This document shows, piece by piece, positions 21,773-33,596 of a stretch of DNA of 64,000 nt. Location: contig JAUFOQ010000003.1 of assembly GCA_040285855.1 (NCBI GenBank), positions 310,001-374,000 of the forward strand, written 5' to 3'. The stretch is from Eukaryota sp. GEM-RC1. Taxonomy: Eukaryota. Both the position numbers and the translations under genes were made by a program. The number at the start of each line of letters is the position of its first letter. The stretch's first letter is position 1. Below the pieces are notes generated by a model. It had not been told where the DNA came from. It worked only from the letters and a program-made list of their open reading frames with translations, and made no database searches.

Positions 21773-24700
21773 CTAAGATCCAGACTGATCGATCAAAACG
21801 TCCACATTTTCTTCACTCTCATCTTCTGTAACGACGTCCTTTTCCTCACTCTCCTCAGTCTCAAGACATTGTACACAACTAATCTCAGAAGTCATTTGTT
21901 CAGATTGGCTTCTGCTGAGAATAGTTGGCCTGGGTAGCCCAGCTAACTTTGCCTTCATGATTTCCATAATGTTGATTCCTGAATTGAAATCCCTGTCCCA
22001 CATAGTAGTACAATACTTACACTTGAGCAAACCCCACGGTTTCACTTCAGCACGTTTCTCAAATTCCTCTTCAGCTTTTCTCCACTCTTCTTGGAAATCC
22101 ATACTGTTTTTCTTACAGTACCACTTCAGCCACTTCTTTTCCGTTTCTTCTTTCGATGGATGTTCGGATCTGGACATCTGATTCCATGATTGTGGGTATT
22201 TTCACCAAATATTCCGTCCTTAGCACACTTAGAGCAACACTTACTAGTTCGGTACTCATCCACTAGAAAAATCTTGAACCCTGCTTTTCTAAATAGCTTC
22301 CTCATTGCTTTTCCTTTAATTGTCGGAATAAAACCTTTCGAGCGAAAAGCAGAGTCGTTCCAATCACCATAACCGATGAGAACTTTATTTGGTTCACCAA
22401 ATTTTTTCTTGAAACGGTTGATCATTTGGTCTTCTCCCCGTTTCTTGTTGGAGTACAACTGAAGTTGTCTCTTTCTAAACCAAGTTGAACTGTATAAATT
22501 CCAAGTTCTCAAGTTGAATAATTCTTTTTGATAGATGTACTCACAAAACTCTTCACGAACACAAGATTGTTTTTGTCCTTGATTGACAGCAGCAGAGAAG
22601 AGATTCATTGCATCTTTACCAGTTACATCAAGACCGGTTGTCGATTCGAGCTTTAGTTGTTCTGTTTTACGGTATTTTTTGAATTTGGAGTCGTAGTTAC
22701 GTTCTCCTTGAGTATAAACAAACTTTTTAAACTTGTCTTTTTCTCTCAGCTTAACATCTTTAGAGACTTGAACTTCAGGTTTGGGTGTTCTGTGGTTTCT
22801 TCTGTTTTTAATGACACGTCCTGATGGCTTTCGTGGTCTTGTGGTTGCATCTTTTTAATTCCTTCTTTTCCAATTCCTCAGCAGACTTTTCTGTGACAGC
22901 AACAATTGGGGCATACTTATTTGGATCAATGCCCACAAGAGTTCTTTCTCTGAGATTTAATTCCTCAATATCGGCATCGGTTAAATCATCCAGATACTTT
23001 TCTTCAGTATACAATTGAATTGTAGAATATTTTTTCCTACTAAATCGTTTCTTTGTAAAACAAGTGAAACTGAAACACCATCAGTTTGGAGTGAGTTTTT
23101 GAAGGAGTAATTTGCCTTAGTAGATTTGGAAGCATCTAGCATCTCTGTTAAGTAGGGAATCCCAAATTTCTGTTCCATATTGGACAGAACGACTTGTGTA
23201 AAATTTCTTTGTTTGTTTTTTTGAAAATTTTCTCTCCAGAAATCTTGGATTCTAAATCTTGAACTTCAGCCATGGCTTCTTTTTTGAAAAAATTACCTAA
23301 AAAAACTTTAGTGTCAACTCTAAAATGCTGTGGAATGACAGTGTCTGTTAAAGGTAGACAATTTGGAATACTGCAAGGATTACCTCTTTCATCAGTTTCA
23401 GCTCTAACAAGTTTTGTTATAAACATTGCATGAGACAACAATTTCATTGGATGGACCTTTTGAGAATAGAATAAGTTTTTATCTTTGACAAATATTGAAG
23501 TAAAATGACTTTCCAGATAGTTTTTAAAATTTCTACAAATATTTCTTTCAGGATTTTCAAATAAGTCAAAATTGATTTCAGAAATTTTACAATCAATAAT
23601 TTCTCTCTCAATTGTTTAAACTGGGACAACAATTCTTGTTTTTCAATCACATGGTCTTTTAACTCTGTTATTCTCGATTTTTTATTCAAACAAATGTTCA
23701 TGGCACGGAAAATGTATTCATGAAAGTGCATTTTCAAATGAGTAGCATAATTTGCACGTACATGTCTTGAATGGTATTTCAAAATTTGATCCATTAATGT
23801 GTAGGAAGGAGCTAGGAAATCGTAATCATCCTCAAAAACTTGAGGTTGTAAATATGTCCATGATGCGACATTTTGTTCGGAGATCATTTCGAGAATTGGC
23901 AAGTAATAGTCCAAACATAGGTGAGCCATCCTACATCTCATTGAGACTAGATCACTAGACACAGTACCTCTTTTCGATGTTCTTTCTACAAGTTCCACAG
24001 TTTCCGAATCTTCCATTTCGATCTCTTCTTCTTCCTGTTCAATTTTGATGTACAATACTTGCATCTTTTCATCACAACCTTGTTTTTCATAGTAGTGTTC
24101 CAATTCACTTCTTTTTGACAAACAGACCACCATAAAGACTCCAGAACCTTGTTTTTTTCTTGAAGAATGTCCAAGTTGGGTAATTCGTGAGGTTTTTCAT
24201 TTATTTGACGATCATATTCATCAATAAAGAATAACTTTAAGAGCATTCTACCTCTGGTATTGATTCTACTAAAATTCTTTCCAATTCTGCGAAATTTATT
24301 AAGATCAGATTGTTGATCATGGGGATTGGGATCTTTGAGAATTTGACGAAGATCACATTTAACAGATTTAACAGCAGGAAGAAACAACATTGTTTGCAAT
24401 TTTTTATCTAAGAAGAAGTCTACTAAGTGACGACATAATTCAACATCGTTAATACAATAACAAGCAAGAGACCTACGGTCTTCATCTGAACAATTCCACA
24501 AACGTTCAATTTCTTTCAACTTGGCTAAAGTAGTTCGATTTCTTAGCACTTCATAACCTTGACTCTTGTACTTAGTTGTAAGACGAACTTTCTCATCTTC
24601 AGATAAAAGATCCAATTTTTGAACTCGTGAACCTTCAAACAGATATGAAACAACATTTCCAATGATCTACCTCCGGGAAATGTATAAGTAGAACGTAAGA

Positions 24701-25468
24701 GTTGATACAAATCGAGAGACCAAAAAGAAGCAAGATTTGACTTCTTAGCCCATCTTTGAAAAAACCACGGACAACAAACAGAACCTTCACCCAGTTTAAT
24801 TAAGAAATTGATTTCCACATCAAGCAGTTGACATCGACGAATAATAAATGGCAAATCAAATGAATTTAAATTGTAACCACAAATGAGTTTTGGCTTTTCC
24901 CATTTCAGGAGATGAATAAATTCAACCAACATTTCCTTTTCATTTTCAAAATGAACAACTTCAGCATTGAGATCATCAGTAAGAACTGGCTTAGAAGTAA
25001 ACAAGAAACTCCTTGACTCTTGTAAAGGATGTTCAAAAGTATTTACAAGTTGGATTCCAATCTGGATGATTGAATCATTTTCAAAGTCAGGTTTCAACTG
25101 ATCTGGTTCTTCAGACAATTCAGAGATTGGTTTGGCTTCTGAATCGAGATCATCGTCTGCAGCATCTTTTTTCTCCGAAGTTTTAGGGAGTTTTACAGTA
25201 TGCAATTCTTTTGCCGAAAGAGATTCAATGTCCAGAAAAGATATAACTCCTCAGCTTCTAGAAACTGCAAAGGAGATTCGGACGGTACAGTTTTCTTCTT
25301 ATGAGCAGGTTCTGTACCAAGACTTGAAAGACTCAATCTTGTACCCAGGGGATCAGAATTGGGATTAGATTGTGGACCTGGATTGGATTCCACATCACCA
25401 TCAGACGTAAGATCAATTTTGAACTGCAGTCTACAAGCAAAACTGACAGAAATTTGCAAAAACGACAC
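21773..25468 (-). pseudogene. 2A peptide - PolB-type DEDDy exonuclease - Fanzor1 fusion (multiple frameshifts in this assembly)
   Basis: In order: GDVESNPGP; FLDIES (ExoI); GYNLNSFD (ExoII); YCIND (ExoIII); VKCDLRQIL; QTDGVSVS; VGIDPN (RuvC-I); IGYGDW; VDEYRTSKCCSKC; LLKCKYC..WDRDFNSGINI (RuvC-III). Confidence 0.88.
25373..25411 (-). other. 2A-like ribosomal skipping (StopGo) motif LTSDGDVESNPGP
   Basis: Exact match to the D(V/I)ExNPGP consensus with the usual upstream LxxxG. Confidence 0.85.
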
Positions 25469-26444
25469 TTCAACAAAATTTCACCACCACCACTTTCAAA
25501 ACCACCAGAACCACCACCGATCCACTGAATTTTACAAGGAGGCAAGTTTGGGGGCTGGAAAGCAGTGTGTTGCCCTGGTGGTTCTATCACCATGCTGGGC
25601 ATGTAAAAATGATAGGCCTGACTGCCAAAAACAACACACATACTCCCATAAAAAACCCTCGACTTCGAAAAACTAAAAAATTTGGATTGAATTGGATCAA
25701 TGACCAAAAATGCCTTCCTTGGGGTTTTGCTTGAACAATGATGCCTTTGAATAGCATATTGCCGCCCGGTCCCACCCAGGCTGTATGGATACGAGATATC
25801 TAAAGAAGTTGCTTCTGTAGAATTCCACCTGATTTGATAGGACGACTTTCCCACCAAAAAGAGGCCTCTCATAACCGTCGAATCAATGAACATCGACATG
25901 TGAGCAGAAAATGGACCATTTTTTATGTTGTTGGTATTTGTAGATGTGTCTACAGTGTCATGTCAGTCAAGACATTTATTGACAATTGTCTTCATTTTTC
26001 ACTTTTCAGTGTCCTCTACATGTACAATTGACCATGAATTTGCTCCTTTCAGTTGTTCTTTAAACAATTCACATCTTTCACTTCACATTTGGAGCCCAAC
26101 ATTTCTTCTCTTCACACACTTTCCTTCTGAAGATGATGTATCAAGATTCGTATTGGTTTTCTGGACACACTTTACACAAGATCACGCTACAAATGTCCCA
26201 CTTCCTTTCTTTTTCTGTTCTTATCCTTTGTTTTGATATAAATAAATGTAGAATTGGACGACACAATTTGGTCTCAATGGCTTCCATGGAGACGTTTTGC
26301 TGGAGGAAGGAGATACCAAGAACATTGAACGAGGCCTCCCAAGTCTCAGTCTTTCATCTTACATCACTCAGTCAACTCTCGTCTTTCCGATGCATCAACA
26401 AACATGTAACATTCCCTTTTCAATATAGATTTATCTTCTCTTAG

Positions 26445-27123
26445 TAGCACTGGGCGTTCAGATATCCGATCCGATCCTATCTGAATTTCTTGTATCTGAA
26501 TCTGATCCGATCCGAACTACCCTTGATCCGAATCTGATCCGATCCGAACTACTCTAATCTGAATCTGATCCGATCCGAACAACTCTAATCTGAATCCGAT
26601 CTGAAATCCGAACAAGCAGAATCTTCTTAGCCCTTTCTTGACTATATGAGAACACCAATATCATATTCTTTATATCACTTAACATCTGAATCATTGTATC
26701 TTGTTTAATGAATGAAATCTGGCTCTGTTTTCAGTTTATTCTTATAGTCTTAGTCAAAGTGTTGTATTCTTGATTATGATATAGCTTAAGGAATCTGTAT
26801 AAATCAAATCACTTGGCAACTTTCTTCAAAGTTGTACAGTTAAATACTATCCATGTTACATTGAATGTGATTGTACCCAGCAAAATCCGCAGTACAAACG
26901 ACAGAACATGTATTAGGTTAGGATCTTTATACAAATGAACACAGTATAAAGATCATTGTATAATTACAACAGTAACAGTCTACAAAAGTTGTATACACCA
27001 CAATTGGTTTCAGATAACGGATATCTGACTTCGATCTGAATCCGAACAATAGGATCTGAATCCGATCCGAATCCGATCCGATCTGAAATCTGAAATGAAA
27101 TCTGATCTGAACGCCCAGTGCTA
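26445..27123. mobile_element. Non-autonomous hAT transposon (679 bp)
   Basis: Perfect 19-bp TIR tagcactgggcgttcagat / atctgaacgcccagtgcta, exact 8-bp TSD tctcttag, dense subterminal tccga/tctga repeats. Confidence 0.92.
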
Positions 27124-27268
27124 TCTCTTAGTGTTACCACTCTTGCCATGTATCAATCTCATACTACAAGTCAGAAGATACTCCAGAATCTATGAAAGTA
27201 AAATTTGATTTCTCCCAATTCAACCCATTCAAGATCTTTGAAACATATTGTTTAATAACTCTTTAACA

Positions 27269-27916
27269 ATGAGTCTTTCAGATATATCCGATTTAGAACT
27301 TTCCGACACGGACCTCCAAGAGGCACGATTTCTTGTTTCCCACTTTGCAGAATCTTCCTATACTCCAGTTGAACGTGAAACTTTTCCTGAACTACCTGAT
27401 GAATCAGTTAAAACTCAAAAGATGTCTCAACATAAAAAAGACACTTCCGCAACCAACTCCCCAACGGTTCCTCGTCGTTCTACTTTCAAAAGACTTTCCA
27501 CGAGTAAACAGAACGCAGATTCTTCACACTCAAAACAAAGATACACTGTTCTATCTTCTCTTCCCGGAGCATCTGAAGAAAATGGTTCCCAAAACCTCAC
27601 TCAACAGATTGCCAGGATGATTGATTCTCTTAAACAAGACCCAGCTGCGTCTGCTTCTTTTGTGCAGAAGGTTCAAGGATTCTCTCGAGAAAAGAAGAAG
27701 TCACGTTCACTGAATCGTGATTCAACTAAGGACTTTGTCCAATTAAACAGAAAATGTGCTTTTGATCGTACTTTTGATGCTTTCTACGATGAAGTGCTTA
27801 AAAATGCTAGACGTCGTGATATCAAGATATCAGAAGCTCAACTACGAAAACTTTGTTTGGATGAATCTTTCTACCAACACTTAATCAAATCAGTTGAACT
27901 AGATTCTGATGTCTAG
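27269..27916 (+). CDS. Hypothetical protein
   Basis: ORF from MSLSDISD of about 215 aa with host-like composition. Confidence 0.6.
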   Translation: MSLSDISDLELSDTDLQEARFLVSHFAESSYTPVERETFPELPDESVKTQKMSQHKKDTSATNSPTVPRRSTFKRLSTSKQNADSSHSKQRYTVLSSLPGASEENGSQNLTQQIARMIDSLKQDPAASASFVQKVQGFSREKKKSRSLNRDSTKDFVQLNRKCAFDRTFDAFYDEVLKNARRRDIKISEAQLRKLCLDESFYQHLIKSVELDSDV

Positions 27917-28033
27917 ACTTTTCTTTTACCCTATTCATTCTGTTGAATCTTGTATTATATTTGCTGTGGATTTAATTCCATTGCTGCACTGTATTTTGTA
28001 TTTATTTTTAGTTTGTATCATGTTATTGTGAAA

Positions 28034-28987
28034 CTAGACATCCTGGACAGTTAAAAGAACTTCTTTCATGAACATTCTACATTCTGAACAAAACACCTTC
28101 TTACAATGATCGCACTCATAACAAACATCAACATCTCCAGTACACCCTACACACTCCTGACCAGTTACATCTACTACAGATGCATTTGGAAGAGGATATA
28201 AATGATGGCTAGCCTGAATAAGATTAAAGGAAGAAGCTAAGTGGAGGGAACACACAGGGCAGCGGGAAGGGAGAGAATCAACAAGAGATAAACACTTGGG
28301 ACATTCAAATTCAGCCATGACAGGGGTTGAGGTGACATCCAAATGTACCAATGCAGGTTCCTTTTTCTTTGGGAAACCCATTTCAATCATTAGTGAAGCT
28401 TCGTAAAGAGATGGTGGTGGTGGTAGAAGCAATGAAAGAGTAGGTGCGATACTGTTTTGATCCAGCAGTACTTTGATCCATCCATTGGTTTCAGAAGCAG
28501 TTTTTTCAAAGAGATAAATTGAAGCAGAAAGTGATATGAAAAAAGTACGGATCAGCATTGACTTGATGGTGGCAACTGCATCAAAAACATTATCAGGATC
28601 AATAGACGATAGAGTGGATGTTAGAAAGAGTACCTCTCTAGAAGCATATTCAGGAACAGAAAGAAACATATGAGATGCAAGTTTAAGACAGTTCTGAAGT
28701 GAAAACTGACCTGATCCTACTTCAAGAGAATTGATAGACGATAGGATTGATTTGGACTCAGACAAGAATGTGCAGGATTTGTGGGCCTTACCATCTTTGC
28801 AATTGATAATTGCAATCTGTGACAGGGAGTTGTCATTCAAAAACTGAGGCACAAAGGATGTGAGTCCAGTTTTGCAAACAGACAAGCGATTGGGTTTGAA
28901 GTCATTATCAAGACAAGAAAGAGAGCAGTCAATCACCAGCACCAAGTAACGTACAAAGCCTCTCTTAACAACAGACTCACCAGACAT
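28034..28987 (-). CDS. GTF2H2: TFIIH p44 subunit (Ssl1/GTF2H2)
   Basis: VKRGFVRYLVLVIDCS..DNDFKPNRL VWA domain, SLQNCL, SREVL, DP.NVF, MGFP, C4 finger CPKC..VDSLPSRCPVCSL.L, HHLYP, and a C-terminal C1-like finger. Confidence 0.93.
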   Translation of the reverse strand: MSGESVVKRGFVRYLVLVIDCSLSCLDNDFKPNRLSVCKTGLTSFVPQFLNDNSLSQIAIINCKDGKAHKSCTFLSESKSILSSINSLEVGSGQFSLQNCLKLASHMFLSVPEYASREVLFLTSTLSSIDPDNVFDAVATIKSMLIRTFFISLSASIYLFEKTASETNGWIKVLLDQNSIAPTLSLLLPPPPSLYEASLMIEMGFPKKKEPALVHLDVTSTPVMAEFECPKCLSLVDSLPSRCPVCSLHLASSFNLIQASHHLYPLPNASVVDVTGQECVGCTGDVDVCYECDHCKKVFCSECRMFMKEVLLTVQDV

Positions 28988-29072
28988 AACGAACTTGAAG
29001 AGTCATCAAGAATTGCATTTTCTTTTGCTAATTATTTAGTAAACGTAATGTATTAACAAACCATAGCATTTA

Positions 29073-31651
29073 GTGTTCCATCATAGAGAGGCACTAGCAT
29101 CTGTACACATTTCTGAACTAAATGTTATAGAATTTTGTTTTGATGGAGCAAAATCGTTTTCAAGAAGAACATTTTCAATGTCGTCTGACTACTTAATTGC
29201 TGTTAGCCAACAATTGGTGTTACTTGGCTTTCACCCAGAGCTAAGTATCTCTATTGATACTGAATCGCTTTCTCAAACTGTTAAATCTGTTGTCCCTGAA
29301 GGCGATGAAGTATCAGCATCGGTCTTCAAAGTAATCCGGCTAATCTCTTCTGAAATTGTCTTGGGCCGCTATCAACCAATCCTAGCTGCTCTTGTGAAAA
29401 GAAACCCCATTTGGGCTCATCTTTTCAAGTCCATTGTTAAAGTCACCCTTAGTTTCTCTACCTCTACTTCTTCTCTAGACGTTCGTCACACCCCAGAAGG
29501 CGTTGAACTTATTGACGTTATTGAATTGGATTCTGACCTAACCCCACATCCGATCTGTTTTCTTGCTCCACTACGTGCTTCCTTACCTGCAGCCTGCACA
29601 GACTACTTCAAAAGCCTCTTCAAATCCAAACTTAAAGGTCTTCCTCTCTCCATCAACCTTTCTGAATGTTCTGACTTAGAATCTCCTGCTGCCTCCGCTC
29701 GTGTGGCGGTTGCCCTAGGCGAAGCTGTCGATTCCATTCAGACCGCTGTATTTGCCTGCATCCGAACAGGCAAGGTCTCCCTTCTTGAGAACATCCTCTA
29801 CTCTGACGCCTCTCAACCCTCTGCCATCTCATCTGTTGTCATCACTCCTCTCCCCTTCGCTGACGACGACCAATGGGAACTCGAAATCACTGAAGAAAGA
29901 GCCGACCCTGCTTCAGTTCTACTATCCAAGTGTGGATCTAAACGTATTCTCCACGTCAAACCAGTTCTGGAGGACAACTTTGACGATTCCCCAGTCACTG
30001 TCTTCTCCCCTAACACTTTCTCTTTAAAATACCTCTTATCATGTCATTTATCAGTTGATAAAGAAGTTGTTGAGTTTGACTATGATGTGGTGTTGAAGAG
30101 CTGTATGGAGTCCTTTGGTGAGATGAAGACTGAGGTAGGCTGTTCTAGACCTTTCGAGGTGACTGTGGGAAACCAAGGAACTGTTGATGGTGATTTTCTA
30201 TTTACTGCAGTTCTTTCTAGTTTGTCTGTAGTGTTTTCTGAGCTAGGAACTAAGTTGATGACGAGTTTGGTTCGGAATTTGACTGGGATTGAGCTGTATC
30301 ACGTGGACGAGGAACGTGATATTCCGGTTGAGGTTGTGGTGGAAAGAGCTACGAAGAATGCTGCTGTGATCAAGGACAGACATGACAGAGTCAAGAAAAC
30401 TATTATTGTAACAATTTTCAAATTTCCAAAGAATTCGAAATTAATGCCTGGTTTCTGTTTGACTTCCTCCTTTATTTCCAGAGATGTCTAAAATGATTGC
30501 ATTTGAGTCCCCCTTGACTTTTGATTTGGTAGCTGAGGCTCTCAAGGAGGAACTCGAACAGTTTTCAATGAAATTTAGAGCACTAGTGGGGTTCAGTTCT
30601 ACAGTTGACCTATTCCAATTAGAGAATCCATCGGCAAACTCTCTTTTGGCTGGTTTCTTTGGGATTTCTGGAAGTAATTTAGCTGAAGTGTTGGATGGAA
30701 TTAGTCTATTCGCTCCTCGTTTCTCGGTCAATCAGAAATTGATTGACGAAGACGAAGAAGACGAGTCTTCTGTAGTATTTCAAAATATTCTTGATGGAAT
30801 CAAACTCTTTTCCGAATCATCCTCGAGTTTCTCCACTTTGTCAATCAGTTCAGTCAGTATTGGAGTTTCTTCCTCATCTGACGTGTTTTTTGATCCAATC
30901 TCGTCAACTCTTCATTATTATTGGTCTTTCAATCCTGTTTCTTATCCTTCTAGTTCTGATGTTAAGACAGTTCTTTGTCATTCCGTGAACCTCCCATCAC
31001 TTCCTTCTGTGGATGTTTCCTCTAAAGTGGAAGCACTGAAAGATATTAAAAATTCTGTGAATATTGGCCTTCGTCATTTGGAAGCATATGTTCCGTCTTC
31101 AACTCTTTAAAAACCAGTTTTCAGCTGATTTGTTAACTGAAGGAATGCGAAGGCTGCCTTCATGTGTCAAAATACTACGTCATTACGTTCTTGACTTGGC
31201 TGGCAACAAAAAGTCAAAATTACTGTTGATTTCGGATCCTGAAGATGCTTTCCCAGGTATTTTCATTTTCAATCTTGACAAGGACTCTGTTGTAAACTTT
31301 CATGATGGATCTAAGTGTAAATTTATCCCATTTTCAATGATTCGTATAATTTCTGTTGGTACTATTCAAAAGAAATCTGGAACTGTCTTATCATTAGAAC
31401 TAGCTAATGACAAGACAATCACGTTTTTCCCACCAAAACGACTTTCTAACTCACCAGATCAAGAACGTCATTGTTCTGGTCTGATTACCGAGTTTGGACT
31501 TTTGATTTGTATAGTTAATACCTATTTCGGTGATGAAATTGCCATTGAATTTGGTAAGATTCTTCAAGTCCCTAATAGACATCATGAATACTTTTTTAAA
31601 ATAGAGTTTTTTACATGTAGAATACTGTTTTATTTGTCGATAAATTTATAA
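29073..31651 (+). CDS. Large hypothetical protein, probably one gene split by two frameshifts; possible PH-like C-terminus
   Basis: Three consecutive overlapping ORFs (29073..30491, 30484..31110, 31064..31651) on the same strand. Confidence 0.5.
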
Positions 31652-31712
31652 TGTACTTTTTTTGTTTCCAAAACAACAACATTTTTAGACGTATTGGAAG
31701 AAAGGCTATAGA

Positions 31713-32330
31713 TTACACTTGGATGCGAGAGTTTAATGAATGAGCTTCATCAATCAGCTGCTGTTTGAAGTTGCCATCTGGAACTTTTGTGGTTGGTTTA
31801 GAAAACTCGGCAAAGTCATCAGCATCTTCGTCAGAGAATCCTTCAAAAGCATCATCTTGGGGTTCTTCAGGAATCCACATGTTAGACTGGACATTGTAGG
31901 AAGCCGTTGTTGGCAGGAATTGACCATGAATGAATGAATGAGACGGTCGGTGGGCAAACTGGGGAGATGTGGAGGTGGTGGGAAGAGCAGGGATGTCAAT
32001 ATCGTCGAAATCAGATTCACTGTCATTAGCAGCAATTGTAGGCTTTTTCGACAGAGCAAAAGGTGTTTGTTGTCGGTTTATGGGTTTTACAAGAGGATGA
32101 GGTTGTACAGAACTGGAAGAGAAAGCCACGGTTTTCTCCGAATGAGAGGGTTTCGGAGGCTGGTGGAAGGTTTTGGATGGAACGGATGTGTCCGCCAAAG
32201 AGTCTTTAATATTGTCAATTTTAAGTGAAAGATCAGTCAGGGCAGAGTGTGTGGCCTTAAGTGTAACAAGTGCAGCCTCTAGGGCATCAATATTACGTTG
32301 TGTGTTGAAGAAAAAACTCCACAGTCCCAT
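31713..32330 (-). CDS. Hypothetical low-complexity protein
   Basis: ORF from MGLWSFFF: short coiled coil, then an acidic/Pro-rich region. Confidence 0.55.
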   Translation of the reverse strand: MGLWSFFFNTQRNIDALEAALVTLKATHSALTDLSLKIDNIKDSLADTSVPSKTFHQPPKPSHSEKTVAFSSSSVQPHPLVKPINRQQTPFALSKKPTIAANDSESDFDDIDIPALPTTSTSPQFAHRPSHSFIHGQFLPTTASYNVQSNMWIPEEPQDDAFEGFSDEDADDFAEFSKPTTKVPDGNFKQQLIDEAHSLNSRIQV

Positions 32331-33596
32331 TTGAGTAAGCAAAAATTTGAGGTCTTGAGATGGAATTTACACACTTGTAGCCACCCACCGATGTGTTTCC
32401 GGTTTTTCCTTGTCACTGGCCACTGCACGTGTGAAAAAAACCATGTGCTGCTGTAATTTATTCATATTGTTATTTAATCATTTAAATGTATTAGAAGGTG
32501 TATTTAGAAAATTTGCAAGTGTAAACAATAGCAATGTTGGTGTTGAGAACGAACTGTGACGTACTACTATAGTAGTAGTAAACAAGTTTTCTTCAATCGA
32601 TTCTTTTATGATTGACCTCCACCTTAAGTAGGATATCTTTCTCCCCAAAACATCTTCAAACTAGCATCTTCATGGAACTTGACTTATCTGATGATCGAAC
32701 TCTTGTTTTTTCCGGGTATTACGGCTTCTTTCTCCCCGACGTTGATAGAGCTTCTATTGGGGAGTACGAGTTCTATGGTGGTGCCATTCTTAGAAGTTTG
32801 AACTTTAGTCCAGACCAAGCTCCTGAAACTTTGTTGTGTTTCGGAGTTGAATATACAGATGACTTCCCACATGGTTTTCTGCTTGTTATGCCTAGCTTCA
32901 TATCTCATTGTGTAAGAGGTTTGTTTTAACTTGTAACCTGATCATAGTTGGAGAGGTTACTGATCTAGATAGGTTTCTGTGTGCTCCTTCTCGTTCCTCT
33001 GATATTTCGTGTGATCATATTGATGATCTAGCACTACTTACTCCTAGAATGCCAGATGATGTTGAGATCTCCATGTCTTGATTTCTTTACAACAATTTAG
33101 AAAACATTTTTTTTGCAGCAGTTGTACGGTCATTGGTGATGTTTTGCGATGATTTTGACTTATCTACTTGATACATTGGTATGCATGAACCATTAGTAAC
33201 TGATTAATGAATCGGGATAACCCTTAAGTGTATGCTTTTGTAGACACTCTCTATGTATTCTGTAAATTGTATTCAATATACGCTGCTTGATTACCTTTAT
33301 TATATACGATATCTTCTGCCACAAAGGGACAAAGTAGTTAATGTCTCAGTGATCGAATCAAGTATAAACAATGGGAAAGTTGTCAACGACCCCTTAGTAT
33401 GTCTAACTTTAAAGTCAACTAGTAATGTCTTATCAATTATACACCAAGACAATACATCTATTGAAAGTGTCATTTGTTAATGGTTTAAGCTAAGTTCTTC
33501 CAGATAAAACTCAACGTAATGTCAGTAAAGATATGGATAATGAAAGTACATCAAAAATGCCGAGCCAAGAGGCTGATTTACTAACTTTACTACATA

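Noticed and set aside
24440..25260. Host DNA polymerase B gene or Polinton
   Set aside because: Only the exonuclease domain is present. No polymerase motifs (DxxSLYPS, YGDTDS), integrase, ATPase or capsid were seen.
20751..27123. The two hAT MITEs as ends of a composite transposon carrying the Fanzor
   Set aside because: They have different TIRs and each has its own exact 8-bp TSD, so they are independent insertions.
1934..31651. Programmed frameshifting or pseudogenisation of the split host genes (CFAP251, BTB-Sel1, Tup1-like, 29-31 kb gene)
   Set aside because: Isolated single-base breaks in otherwise conserved genes, together with copy-variable homopolymer indels elsewhere, point to sequencing error.
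32612..33080. Small ORF 32612..32929 as a gene
   Set aside because: It looks weakly coding and may be interrupted, but has no recognisable motif, so I could not support a call.
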